From Octopus vulgaris (Eukaryota), in NCBI GenBank assembly GCA_951406725.2, contig OX597824.1, positions 17,732,001 to 17,796,000 of the forward strand: a DNA stretch of 64,000 bases. The letters are read 5' to 3'. The notes below the pieces were generated by a model, which worked only from the letters and a program-made list of their open reading frames with translations, had not been told where the DNA came from and did no database searches. The translations under genes and the position numbers were made by a program. Positions 22,401 to 35,260 of the stretch are shown here, in pieces. How positions within the stretch are numbered: the first letter of the stretch is position 1; each line of letters starts with the position of its first letter.

Positions 22401-23101
22401 TTTTAGAATATTCTCCCCCCTTCCTGTTACTGCTGGGAGAAGGGAGGAGAATATCCTAAAGCCAGTTACCTAGCTAGAATGCAGACAGGACTCCATTGAT
22501 TCCACACACAATTCAACATGGTCCCCTATTCAACCGGGTGACAGATTGAATATACCACCCAAGAAAATCATCTTGAACATAGAACTTGGAATGCTTAACA
22601 TTAAATCAAATATGAGGAAGCATTGTTTCCTACGTTATTAGAATGGTGCCAATCCTCCATACTGTATTGGTACTGTCTTTTGTACTCTGGAAAGGATAAA
22701 AAATCAAGTTTGTCACGACGGGATATGAACACATGTCGCAGACATTCGGCTTAAACACAACGAGGCATTCAATCTAATGCATCAAAGAAATCTGTCGATA
22801 CGTTTAATCACGATCCAAGAAAAGAAACGGTTCCTGCAATGGGCTTTCTTGTGTTTTTGCCAAGTAGATTTCATTGAGAATCCTCAAGTTAAACCGAAAG
22901 AAACTCATACAAAATATTTGCAAGATGTGTCGCACTTTCAGTTCAAACTTAAAACTCGTTTGTTTCGAAATTTTCTTAAACATGTTCATGCTTACGCCCA
23001 TTCTCACCGACGAGCAAAAACACATGGATACGAGAAAGGATCTAAGTCGTGGCTATACTGTCTTTTTGTACGTAATAAACTACAATGCTAAATATATACA
23101 G

Positions 23102-23333
23102 GGCGGCGAGCTGGCAGAAACGTTAGCACGCCAGGCGAAATGCGTAGCCGTATTTCGTCTGTCTTTACGACCTGAGTTCAAATTCCACCAAGGTCGACTT
23201 TGCCTTTCATCCTGTCGGGGTCGATTAAATAAGTACCAGTTACGCACTGGGGTCGATATAATCGACTTAATCCGTTTGCCTGTCCTTGTTTGTCCTCTCT
23301 GTGTTTAGCCCCTTGCGGGTAGTAAAGAAATAG
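23102..23333 (+). mobile_element. SINE family A, full length, 20-bp TSD
   Basis: TSD aactacaatgctaaatatat at 23078-23097 and 23334-23353. Confidence 0.95.
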
Positions 23334-23398
23334 AACTACAATGCTAAATATATTCCTCATTAGTCAAAAGACTAGAATACGATTTCAAATAGACAATT

Positions 23399-23628
23399 TA
23401 TTTTTAACTACCCACAAGGGGCTAAACACAGAGAGGACAAACAAGAACAGACAAACGGATTAAATCGATCACATCGATCCCACTGCGTAACTGGTACTTA
23501 ATTTATCGACCCCGAAAGGATGAAAGACAAAGTCGACCTCGGCGGAATTTGAACTCAGATCGTAACGGCGGTCAAAATAATGCTACGCATTTCGCCCGGC
23601 GTGCTAACGTTTCTGCCAGATCGCCGCC
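23399..23628 (-). mobile_element. SINE family A, full length, inverted relative to its neighbour
   Basis: TSD atttcaaa(t/c)aga(c/t)aatt at 23382-23398 and 23630-23646. Confidence 0.93.
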
Positions 23629-24111
23629 TATTTCAAACAGATAATTGTAATGCTAATTATGCTTATCGGCTGTGTGGAAACTTCGTTCTCTAAATGCTCT
23701 CTTTGCCACTAATTTTGTAAGATTTTTAATTAAATACGTATTGTTTACGGTTATTTAAGAATTACGTATTTCGATTTTAGCTAAAATTAGGAAATGGTGG
23801 AATGTAAGCGACACCAGTAATTGACACTTGCTTTAGGATTCACGTGCAGAAAGGTGGAAGAGAAGTATTATCTACATTCAACATGGTTTGAATACATCAT
23901 GTGAAACCGGCGTAATTCACACGGCATGATATTTTTAGTCACCTCTACGGAAAAAAAGATACTTCATAGGTTTTTTCTACATGAATGATAAATTTTATTT
24001 GACAATGTGAAACAGTGAAAATTAGTATTTTTCTAGCCTGGCAGGAATCAAAGTGGTGAATACGCAAAGTCTTTAGATTATAGGTTAGAATGTTGATTGG
24101 CATTTGTTCTG

Positions 24112-24311
24112 ACTCCCTGCGATGTGGCTTCAAATCTCACCGAAATCAACTGCCTATATCCGTTAAAGGTCTATATAAAAATTACTAATTCATAGGGTTG
24201 GATTATTGGAGCAGATAAAGAGAAGGTCGGACAGAAAGACTTGTGCTTTCTTTTTTGGTTCAGTACGTTCTCAAGTGCAATAACGATGGGTTTTTCTTGG
24301 TATAATCTTGC
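24112..24311 (+). repeat. Local ~200-bp duplication, copy 2
   Basis: Similar to 22190-22400. Confidence 0.8.
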
Positions 24312-24672
24312 ATGCCAAAGCATGCAAATTTCCCCTTTCCACGATGTTGCAGATAGAGGACATTGCATGCTGCTAAAAGGAATCTTACATTGCAGACACC
24401 TGCTCAACATTGGCCGACTGTGGTCCTCTGTAGCATGGAGGAATCAAATATCGAACTCAGCTTTGTTGATTACCAATAAATAAATAAATAAAATAATAAT
24501 TATTATTATTATTATCGCAAGCAATCTAAGTGCTGATGTAGTTATTTCATTTGTTAGAAATAGCGACCGTATTTGTTCATATTGTAAATTGCTTCGTTAG
24601 CAACATGGAGGATACATCAGATAGAGCTCCTAAATATACAGAAGATAGGGCTCCTAAATACTGAATATATCT

Positions 24673-24835
24673 TATTTACATTATTTAAATTTGACGGATA
24701 TATGTCCACATCTTGTTTGTTAAAACAACGTTTCGGCTGATATAACCTCCAGCCTTCATCAGGTGTCTTGGAGAAATTTTGAACCTCGGTTCTCATTCCT
24801 AAGGGTTTTTTTTTTCGATGTTATTATTATTATTA

Positions 24836-24887
<52 letters not shown>

Positions 24888-25083
24888 GGTCACTGCCTGG
24901 AATCAAGCTCGGAATCTTGGGATTAGTAGCCCGCTCACTTAATCACTACGCCATATGCCCGTGGCGTAGTGGTATATCAGCCGAAACGTTGTTTTAGCAA
25001 CAAACAAGATGGGGACAAATATCCGTCAAAGGTAAATAATGTAAATAATGTACATAATTCCTCATCTCTTAAATATAGAACTG
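24673..25083 (-). mobile_element. Composite element: tRNA-like head + (TAA)n + hammerhead-bearing Penelope-like tail, with inverted partial tail copy
   Basis: tRNA-like 24888-24960 (minus; A box tggcgtagtg, degenerate B box gcttgattcc); minus-strand cctgatgaaggctg...cagccgaaacg at 24729-24763; inverted arms 24673-24744 and 24973-25048. Confidence 0.7.
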
Positions 25084-25120
25084 CTTTATTTAATATATGG
25101 TTTTCAATATAATTCTGCTT

Positions 25121-25417
25121 CTTCTTGCGCCATTTTCAAGCCTGGCCAGGCTCATGGGCCCGGTTTCCCGGTTTCTATGGCGTATGTGTTCCCCCCAGCT
25201 GAACAGGACGCCAGTCTATCGCAGCGTTACTCAAGAAACAGGAAAAAAGAGTTGTGGCGAAAGGGTACAACAGGGGTCGCCACCACCCTCTGCCGAAACC
25301 TCGTGGAGCTTTATGTGTTTTCGCTCAGTAAACACACAACGCTCGGTCTGGGAATCGAAACCACGATCCTCCGTCTGCGAGTTCGCTGCCCTAACCACTG
25401 GGCCATTACGCCTCCAC
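25121..25417 (-). mobile_element. SINE family C (tRNA-derived), tail type 1
   Basis: Minus-strand head ggaggcgtaatggcccagtggttagggcagcg...ggtttcgattccc; 12-bp TSD ataattctgctt (25109-25120, 25418-25429). Confidence 0.9.
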
Positions 25418-25600
25418 ATAATTCTGCTTAGTGGGACTTATTCGGAGCTAACCAACAACAATAACACCTACACTGAAACGTTTATGTCTTCTGTTTCTGC
25501 TTATATACGAAACTTTATATTTTCTGTTGATATTTTCCTAACTTGAGAAGACATAGTGTTTGCATAAGCTAATTGAAAATAAACTCTGAATTTTTTTTTA

Positions 25601-25862
25601 GGTGCAGGAGTGGCTGTGTGATAAGTAGCTTGCTTACGAACCAAATGGTTCCGAGTTCATTCCCACTGCGTGGCACCTTGGGCAGGTGGCTTCTACTATA
25701 TCCTCGGGCCGACCAAAGCCTTGTGAGTGGATTTGGTAGACGGAAACTGAAAGAAGCCCGTCGATTATATATACGTGTAGCCAAGTAATAAAACAGTATG
25801 TATTTAAAATAAAAATTCTTTTTATATGGTGGGATGAAGGGGCCTACTATCTCTAAATTAAA

Positions 25863-25925
<63 letters not shown>

Positions 25926-26137
25926 CGTTTGTGTGTCTGTGTTTGTCCTCCCAACATCGCTTGACAATCGATGCTGCTGTGTTTACGTCCCCGTAACTTA
26001 GCGGTTCCGCAAAAGAGACCGATAGAATAAGTACTAGGCTTACAAAGAATAAGTTCTGGGGTCGATTTGCACGACTAAAGGCGGTGCTCCAGCATGGCCA
26101 CAGTCAAATGACTGAAACAAGTAAAAGAGTAAAGAGT
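25601..26137 (+). mobile_element. SINE family B, full length
   Basis: ggtgcaggagtggctgtg... through ...actgaaacaagtaaaagagtaaagag. Confidence 0.92.
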
Positions 26138-26720
26138 CTACGACTTACGAAGGAATTATAATCCAATAAGAATACTTTGTACGCCTAAGGAAGATTTTTT
26201 TTCGGAAGACTAACAATTGCCTAGACATACAAGACAACTAGTATTTCTATACTGTGATGATCTATGTGAATTTCACATATGTAGTTGAGACTATTACCGA
26301 AAGTATAAAGCTCTTAGCACCTCATTGGGAATAATTAATTTGGATCTGATCTATCCTTCTTCATCAAACAAACATAAAGCTGATTAAAAAGTAAACGATT
26401 ATTTGTGAGAAAAGTGAAGGACCAACACTACCTAATGAGAAAAAATAAAGGCGTTTGTACGTTGTCTGTCATTAAATTTCGACATGATAATGTAGATAAA
26501 CCTCAACATCTGCCACAGACAATGTGAATTTGAAAAATGACTGGGAAATAAGGCTGTCACTCACTACTGCCATCAATGTTGTTTCTAGAAATTCTGACGC
26601 ATAAATTTGCATTAAATGGAAACTACAGCTCAAAATGAAAGCATCAAAATGTTTCGTTAGTATTATATCCCAGCCAAAATATCGATTAGTTTTCCCTGGT
26701 ATAATACTTCCATACTAAAA

Positions 26721-26953
26721 GGCGGCGAGCTGGCAGAAACGTTAGCACGCCGGGCGAAATGCTTAGCAGTATTTCGTCTGCCGCTACGTTCTGAGTTCAA
26801 ATTCCGCCGAGGTCGACTTTGCCTTTCATCCTTTCGGGGTCGATTAACTAAGTACCAGTTACGCACTTGGGTCGATATAATCAACTTAATCCATTTGTCT
26901 ATCTTTGTTTGTCCCTTCTGTGTTTAGCTCCTTGTGTTTAGTAAAGAAATAGG
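26721..26953 (+). mobile_element. SINE family A, full length, 21-bp TSD
   Basis: TSD ggtataatacttccatactaa at 26698-26718 and 26952-26972. Confidence 0.95.
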
Positions 26954-27116
26954 TATAATACTTCCATACTAATTTTTTATTGCTATTAGTCCAGGTAAAT
27001 ACTGAGCCAACCAGCAACTAATATCGAAACGAAAAGTAAATACTCGATCGAAAGCATTGAAACCATAGTAAATCCAGCTGTGTCAAGTAAAACGTAATTT
27101 CAATATTAGTTTTTAC

Positions 27117-27506
27117 TCTCTCTATATAAAGCTGAAGTTATCTGTGTATGGCAGGTTTGGTAGCCTTCAACTAACACTATCTCCTCCAAGACCCTTCGGC
27201 GCAAGTTGAGCAAAATTGAGAGTACGATAGAAGAAGGCTTGCTCTTCCTTCTGTAGAAGAAAAAAATTCAAATCGGACCATGTTAACACCAAAAATTATT
27301 TATATCAAAAAGGTGCTTTTTTTTCTATGAAAATCCCTATTTTTTACGATTGTTTGACTGCTGTGTCGCTATTTTTCAGTGTATTTCAACCAGAAAATGT
27401 TCACTTAAAGAGAATAACAAGCTACATAATGCAAAACTTTACTTTTCAAAACTTCCAATTTTAAAGGTTTGAAACAAACCCGCGCAACGCCGGGTGATAC
27501 TGCTAG
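27117..27506 (+). mobile_element. Non-autonomous Helitron
   Basis: 5' tctctctatataaagctgaag; 3' GC hairpin cccgcgcaacgccggg (27479-27494) shortly before terminal CTAG|T. Confidence 0.8.
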
Positions 27507-27917
27507 TCTTGTATAATGGGAACATGTTCTTTAATGAGAAATTAATGGTTATTTTTATAAAAACAGTCATGGAGAGGCATTAAGTTGGTACTCCCACACT
27601 AATTAACCAATTTCATTTAGTAACTAATTTACAATAGTTATATTAAAACGTGTGTCCGGTGACACAGATATTTCTACGAGGAATTTCGTATTTTTCTTAA
27701 GAGTAACAATGAACTGTCATCTAGAATTTGAGCCACACTTCTCTTAGTGACTGCTCAAGCATAACAATCGTTATTGTGACGCTGTGACTGACAGATATAT
27801 TTATCTTCCCCTTATGTAGCAGTCGCGTCACATGTCAAGTCGATTATTTTCCTAGGACCGTCTCGTCTCTCTCTCACCATATATGCGTATATGTGTGGTG
27901 GTATGTGAGCATGTGTG

Positions 27918-28001
<84 letters not shown>

Positions 28002-28999
28002 ATCGCACATACACACACGCATACCACATGCACACACGCACACCACACACCGCACGTATGTATATGTCATTCTCCAAGTTTGCGTGTTCTAGTTTGTAGC
28101 ACATAAGTCTCCTCCCAGCATTCTCTGTCGGAGAGATTGCAGTAGAAAGAAACAAAACATATGTAGCAAAAACGTTACGGAGAAAAGTATCGCCTTGCTG
28201 TAAAACCCTGCAATCTTGAAATATATCCGATGTCTCTAAGAAAAGAAGAAAGAAAGAATGAAACGAAAGGGAGAAAGAAATAAAGAAAGAAAGAAAAATG
28301 CCGAGAAGCAAACAAACAAAGGTTATAATACATTACTTGTCTGCCTTTGCCATGTTTTCTTCACCGAAATAAGAAAATTTCAAACTATTTTCCTTCGCTT
28401 TGTTCCCTAATTTTCTCATACATATGCTTCTCATAACTTTTCCTCATAGACTTGATCACGTGTTTGCGCCAAAAAGAATTCTGCAAACTTCCTGTATAGT
28501 CAAAACAACATCCTTCTTTATTCCCAAATAATATAGACTCAAGCACAGCTATATCTTGATATAGTGACAGAAATAACTAAAAGACAGACATATTAAAAGC
28601 ATATAAATATACGTTTGTAACTACAAATTCCAAACAATGTTGCCAAGGAAACGTTTATAATATCAGTCCTCCTTCTAGGCGTAGTAACTAAATTTTCATT
28701 AACCCATAAACCCGTTCCTTAATAAAATGACCACATTAGTCAGTAAGTTTAATGGTATAGAATACCTTGGCTCGGACCGGGTGGCATAGTTTTAACCTTA
28801 ATCTATTCAATCAGTGAAAAGGGGGATTTCTACCCCATATAGTATCCGTAATGATGGACTGCCTATATAACTGAACATCTGTGCTCTCCGCGTTGGTCAT
28901 GTATGGATTGTGTTAATTTTCTCAAACGACGCCTGCGTTGCTTTGTGAAAAGCAGTTTGTTTCCCAACTACGTGATTCTGAGTGCAGTGTTTGTTTTTT

Positions 29000-29290
29000 C
29001 TCGAGTCACGCCTGGCTCATAAGGGCCGGTTTCCCGGTTTCCTTGGCGTATAGGTTCCCCACCAGGACGGGACGCCGGTCCATGGCTGGTGAGCTGCAAG
29101 ATGCAGGAGGAAAGAGTGAGAGAAAGTCGTGGCGAAAGAGTCAGCAGAAGTTCGCCATTAACCTTCTGCCGGAGCCGCGTGGAGCTTAAGTATTTCGCTC
29201 ATAAACGCACGCATCGTCCTGTCTGAGATTCGAACCCGCGATCCCTCGACCGCAAGTCCACTACTCTAACCACTAGGCCATGTACCTCCA
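29000..29290 (-). mobile_element. SINE family C, tail type 1
   Basis: Shares its head and the gggccggtttcccggtttc tail with 25121-25417. Confidence 0.85.
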
Positions 29291-29884
29291 CTTCTAGGTT
29301 CAGTGCAATTGTGTGACGCATTGTGCTAATGCGTTCGCTTGTAGCTCCGGGACGGCCAAGGTATGTGAGTGGATTTGACAAGCGGAAACTAAAGCAAGCC
29401 CGTCTCTATTTATATATGTATATCTGTGTGTGTGTGTGCATGTGTGAGAGAGAAAGAGAGAGAAAGAGAGTGAGAGAAAGAGAGAGACAGAGAGAGAGAG
29501 AGACCCAGAGGGTCTAAGTATAGAAAGCACTTGGTAGCAATCAAATGATTCGAACTCCGATGTCATTGCGAGAGACGATTTCCTCGAGGTAAAGATGGCT
29601 ATAAGAGCAACCAAGGTGAGAAGATATGGAGGCAATTATGCAGATAAAAAAAAAATTGAATATAACAGCTTGGGATTGGTTTAGAAAAAGCGAGAAAGAA
29701 AAGTCTGAATACTTTAGACGATGAATATTTAAATATAAATATATAGATATTTATATTGATAGATCAAATTTATACTGAGTACAAACGACAGAGAAAATAA
29801 TTAAAGGTAAATTAACAAAAGGTATTGTATTGTATTTTATTTATCGAGCAAAATTGACCGCGACAGTATTTGAGCTTACATGCG

Positions 29885-29983
<99 letters not shown>

Positions 29984-30304
29984 CATATATATATATACAT
30001 ATATATATATATACATATATACATATATATATACATACATATATATATATATATGCATATATATATAATAGAAATATTAAAATAACTAAGTCTAACTAAG
30101 TAGTGTGGAGCGACTGACCTCCCTTGTTCGAAGGTTATATGGATACAGTTTGTGTATCAAATAGCTAACTTAAGGCGATGGCCTCATGGAGCTAATAAGC
30201 GGACAGCTTTTTTCTTATTTTTATAAGAATGCCATATTAGTATGGCGATAACTATTATTTTCATATATATATACATATATATATATACATATATACATAT
30301 ATAC

Positions 30305-30387
<83 letters not shown>

Positions 30388-30554
30388 TATATATATATCA
30401 ACTAATACACCTGTTTGTTGTTTATACACCTGTATTTGTCTTTTGTTTTTCTGAAAATTTCAGCTATAAGTATGTATGTATGTATGTATGTATGTATGTA
30501 TTTATGTATGTATGTATTTATGTATATATGTATTTATGTAAGTATGTCTGGTTA

Positions 30555-30725
30555 GGATGAACAGAAAAGAAAAGTCAGAAGTAGATGAGGGAAAAATGGA
30601 AAAGTCTTTGACATTACGAGCCTACGCTCTTCGACGGAAAGGCACAAGCGGAAAAAAGTGGAAAGGGAAAGAGAAAAAAAAAACGGATAGAGGAGAAAAA
30701 AAGGTGTTGGGATTGACGGCACATA
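30555..30725 (-). mobile_element. Penelope-like pLTR remnant with degenerate hammerhead motif
   Basis: Minus-strand ctttccgtcgaagagcgtaggctcgtaatgtcaaag (30604-30642). Confidence 0.45.
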
Positions 30726-31261
30726 TTGAGAAGACTCATATATATATATATGTGAGGAGGGGGTTGTATGTGTGTTTTTATATGTATATAAATGCATGTA
30801 TACTGAAATACATGTATGTCTATATATATACATAATTGTGTATAGAGTACGCGTTTCTTTTCCTTGTGGTAGAATATAATGTACGTAACTTTATAGTATA
30901 TGTCACGCGCACCAGGCATACCTATATCATTTCTATCTACATATTCATGTTAAAGTGCATGAGATTCCAGGTTTCGTAGAGATGTAGTGAGAGCGAAATA
31001 TTTCCCACAATGCTTTGTTACGTGCAGACATTCTGCTAAATATTTTCTGTTCTCATTTCCAGCCATATTTTCAAAGCGCAACAAATAAGTACTGCTTGTC
31101 TTCAGTAGAAACTATCTGTAAAAGAACTAAAGATATCCAGCGATTCAAGCACACGCTACGTACCTGCACATACTCTGCCAAACATACATATACAATTATA
31201 TCTTCATATGCACTCAATAACATACGTGCGTTCATGTATTCATGCACGCATGTGGATAAAC

Positions 31262-31590
31262 TCTTTTGCTCTTTTACTCTTTTACTTGTTTCAGTCATTT
31301 GACAGTCGCCATGCTGGAGCAGCGCCTCTAGTCGAGCCCATCGACCCCAGGACTTATTCTTTGTAAGCCTAGTACTTATTCTATCGGTCTCGACAGTCGC
31401 CATGCTGGAGCAGCGCCTCTAGTCGAGCCCATCGACCCCAGGACTTATTCTTTGTAAGCCTAGTACTTATTCTATCGGTCTCTTTTGCGGAACCGCTAAG
31501 TTACGGGGACATATACACACCGGCATCGGTTGTCAAGCGATGTTGGAGGGACAACCACAGACACACAAACGTATACCCACACAAAGATAC
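31262..31590 (-). mobile_element. SINE family B 3' half with an internal 91-bp tandem duplication
   Basis: 31301-31391 is repeated exactly at 31392-31482. Confidence 0.9.
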
Positions 31591-31610
31591 ATATATATAT
31601 ATATATATAT

Positions 31611-31925
31611 ACTATAGCCTCGGACCGACCAAATCCTTCTGAGTGGATTTGGTAGATGGAAACTGAAAGAAGCCCGTCGTATATATGTATATATGTGTGT
31701 GTATGTGTGAGTGTGTATATGTTTGTGTGTCTGTGTTTGTCCCTCCAACATCACTTGACAACAGATGCTGGTGTGTTTATGTCTCCGTAACTTAGCGGTT
31801 CCGCAAAAGAGAACGATAGAATAAGTACTCGGTTACAAAGGAATAAGTTCTGGGGTCGATTTGCTCGATTAAAAGGCGGTGCTCCAGCATGGCCATAGTC
31901 AAATGACTGAAACAAGTAAATGAGA
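31611..31925 (+). mobile_element. SINE family B, 5'-truncated
   Basis: Starts actatagcctcggaccgacc and ends actgaaacaagtaaa. Confidence 0.9.
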
Positions 31926-32726
31926 ACACATCGGCCGTAGAAACCCGTGAGATACTGAGGAGTACATGATGTAAATTTACATATATTAAGCCAGGAAAAT
32001 CCGCGATGTACAGAGGGCACGATTAGGTGAACCGCGATATGACGAGTGATTAATGTACATGTACTCTCATGTGACCATATTTTATTGAAACGCCTGTGCT
32101 TACATATAAATATATGTATACACGGATATACCTATACTTACAAGTTCTAGCAATTCTCCGAATGTGCTGATATATTCCTTTACACTTACAAGCACATATT
32201 TACACACACGCACAAACGCCTATTTATATGCATATAATCATTGCTCACAAAAACGCTATAGTATAGAAAGAAAAGTTTATATATATATACATGTATTATA
32301 TATACACTTGATGCATAAATCATGTCGTATAGGCATAGAAATGCACAGAGAGAATTACTGACTCACACAAGCACACATGAATTCAATCATACGCTTGACA
32401 TGCCTATGCGTTCACAAACACGCAAGCATATATGCGGGTATATTGAATAACAAAAACATCGCCATTAATTCTCACAATCTAAAAATATATATATATATCC
32501 CCACACATTTACTAATGTATACACAACTTTTCATACCAATCTACACACATTCCTTACTTAGAGCCTTTGGAAATATACCTGCTCAATGTTCCCCGTCTCC
32601 CGACCATTCGTATTATTTTCTCAGTGAGTACGTGTGTATATACATATATATATATATACATATATAAATGGCGGTGCCCCAGCATGGCCACAGCTCAAGA
32701 GCTGAAACTGGAAAACATAAACAAGC

Positions 32727-32778
<52 letters not shown>

Positions 32779-32816
32779 TCATACATACATATATATATAT
32801 ATATACATAGATATAG

Positions 32817-32857
<41 letters not shown>

Positions 32858-32914
32858 CGTATATATATATACTCATATATATATAAGTACATATATATAT
32901 ACGTATATATATAT

Positions 32915-33014
<100 letters not shown>

Positions 33015-33024
33015 GTACATACAT

Positions 33025-33055
<31 letters not shown>

Positions 33056-33062
33056 CATACAT

Positions 33063-33138
<76 letters not shown>

Positions 33139-33140
<2 letters not shown>

Positions 33141-33305
33141 CGACCTGGCACGATCTTTAGCACGCCAGGCAAAATAATTACCTGCATTTCGTCCGCCTTT
33201 ACGCCATGATTTCAAATTCCGCTGAGGTCGATTTTACTCTTAAATGCGGTGCTCCAGCACGGCCGCAGTTAAATGAACTGAAACAATTAAACGATTAAAA
33301 GAATT
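33139..33305 (+). mobile_element. SINE A head fused to SINE B tail
   Basis: ggcgacctggcacg...ttcaaattccgctgaggtcga followed by gcggtgctccagcacggccgcag. Confidence 0.7.
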
Positions 33306-33659
33306 TATTATTCCTGTGTATTTTCAGATATTGTGGTATTACTCTGTGTTCTGTGTTTTCAGCAATGAAAAGGTGTGATAATGACTGCTTACCTGTGGTA
33401 CTGCTTTAACTTTGCGTGCTTTCCTCCTGAACGTAGAGTCTATTCGATCAGATATGAATAACGCTCCTCCTTTTGCGCATGCTCATAACACATAGGCAGG
33501 CGCAGAATATCAACTGGTGCATCATAGCAAAGATTAATGCTCCTTGTATTTGCTAGAAAAATATCTACATCGTAAATATCTACATCATGCAATGCACAAA
33601 CTGCACTTCGGTAGCTGATGGGAACTCTAGTGAGTACTTGTACTTGTACTTATGGCTAA

Positions 33660-34000
33660 ATTCACCCTGGGTGGGTTGAGTCTGCTTCTTCTGTCATGGA
33701 AGAAGTTTCGTGGGAATATGTGGATTTCACAAGCGGTCCCCAAAAATCGCGCATGTAGAGACATCCAGTTTGCCGCAGATTGTCCGCAGACGTAGGGACA
33801 GAACGACCGAGGATCCGCCCGGTTGCCGAAACAGTCACTCCGAGGATTTTCCTCAGAGGATTTTCATCTGCCGGGTTGTGACCCTAATACCACTCGGTGT
33901 CAGACCAATCCGCCTTGGGTGGCTCTACCAGGAACCGAAGTTCCCGACGGCATAGCTCTGACACTACCCGTTGCCAGCGTCCTCACCACGGTGAGGAAGG
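33660..34000 (-). mobile_element. RTE/BovB-like LINE 5' region
   Basis: Minus-strand agagctatgccgtcggg...ggtagagccacccaaggcggattggtc resembles the RTE/BovB 5' UTR motif gagccatgccg..tagggccacccaagacggacgggtc. Confidence 0.55.
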
Positions 34001-34048
34001 GATGGACTTTGGGAGGAGTAAGTTATGAGAAACATGCATTAGTTATTT

Positions 34049-34434
34049 GGTGGAAGCACTCCGTCGGTTACGACGACGAGGGTTCCGGTTGATCCGAATC
34101 AAGGGAACAGCCTGCTCGTGAAATTAACGTGTAAGTGGCTGAGCACTCCACAGACACGTGTACCGTTAACGTAGTTCTCGGGGATATTCAGCGTGACACA
34201 GGGAGTGACAAGGCCGGCCCTTTGAAATACAGGTACAACAGAAACAGGAAGTAAGAGTGGGAGAAAGTTGTGGTGAAAGAGTACAGCAGGGATCACCACC
34301 ATCCCTGCCGGAGCCGCATGGGGCTTTTAGGTGTTTTCGCTCAATAAACACTCACAACGCCCGGACTGGGAATCGAAACCGCGATCCTATGACCGCGAGT
34401 CCGCTGCCCTAACCACTGGGCCATTGCGCCTCCA
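34049..34434 (-). mobile_element. SINE family C, tail type 2, full length
   Basis: 12-bp TSD cattagttattt (34037-34048, 34435-34446). Confidence 0.93.
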
Positions 34435-34804
34435 CATTAGTTATTTACCGCCCTTACGGTTTGAAGTACGATAGTTATTTATTTATTTATTTATTTATTT
34501 CACATGCTATATTTCTACAGTGGAACTCCGCTGTTGTTGTTGTTGGAAACTAATTCATTCATATCTTAACTAAATATGTATGCAAATACGTGCGCACACG
34601 CGTATGCATACGGACTCACACACACGCTCACACTTACACTTACACTCACACTCACACGCATGCGCGTGAGTGCGTGTGTGTACTTTACTATTTTAAGAAT
34701 GAAAAAATATTACAACTGAATTCACGTCCTCCTTTCTCATGCAGACAGGAATACGAGCAAGTAAGTGTGCGTAACAGCCGTAGTCTGTTAAGTACTGCTG
34801 GGGT

Positions 34805-34836
34805 TGGTGCTGCTGGTGCTGCTGCTACTACTACTA

Positions 34837-34888
<52 letters not shown>

Positions 34889-34924
34889 TACTACTACCAC
34901 AACTACTACCACTACTACTACTAC

Positions 34925-34956
<32 letters not shown>

Positions 34957-35005
34957 GTGGTGATGATGATGATGACGATGATGATGATAATAATGATGAT
35001 GATGG

Positions 35006-35052
<47 letters not shown>

Positions 35053-35260
35053 GTGTTGATAATGATGATGATGGTGATAATGATGATGATGATGATGGTG
35101 ATTATGAGGATGATGATGATGATGGTGATAATGATGATGATGATGGTGATGATGATGATGGTGATAGTGATGATGATGATGATGCTGATGATGATGATGG
35201 TGATAATGATTATGATGATGGTAATGATGATGATGGTGATGATGCTGCTGCTGCTGCTGA
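34805..35260. repeat. Compound (TAC)n/(GAT)n microsatellite
   Basis: Direct inspection. Confidence 0.95.
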
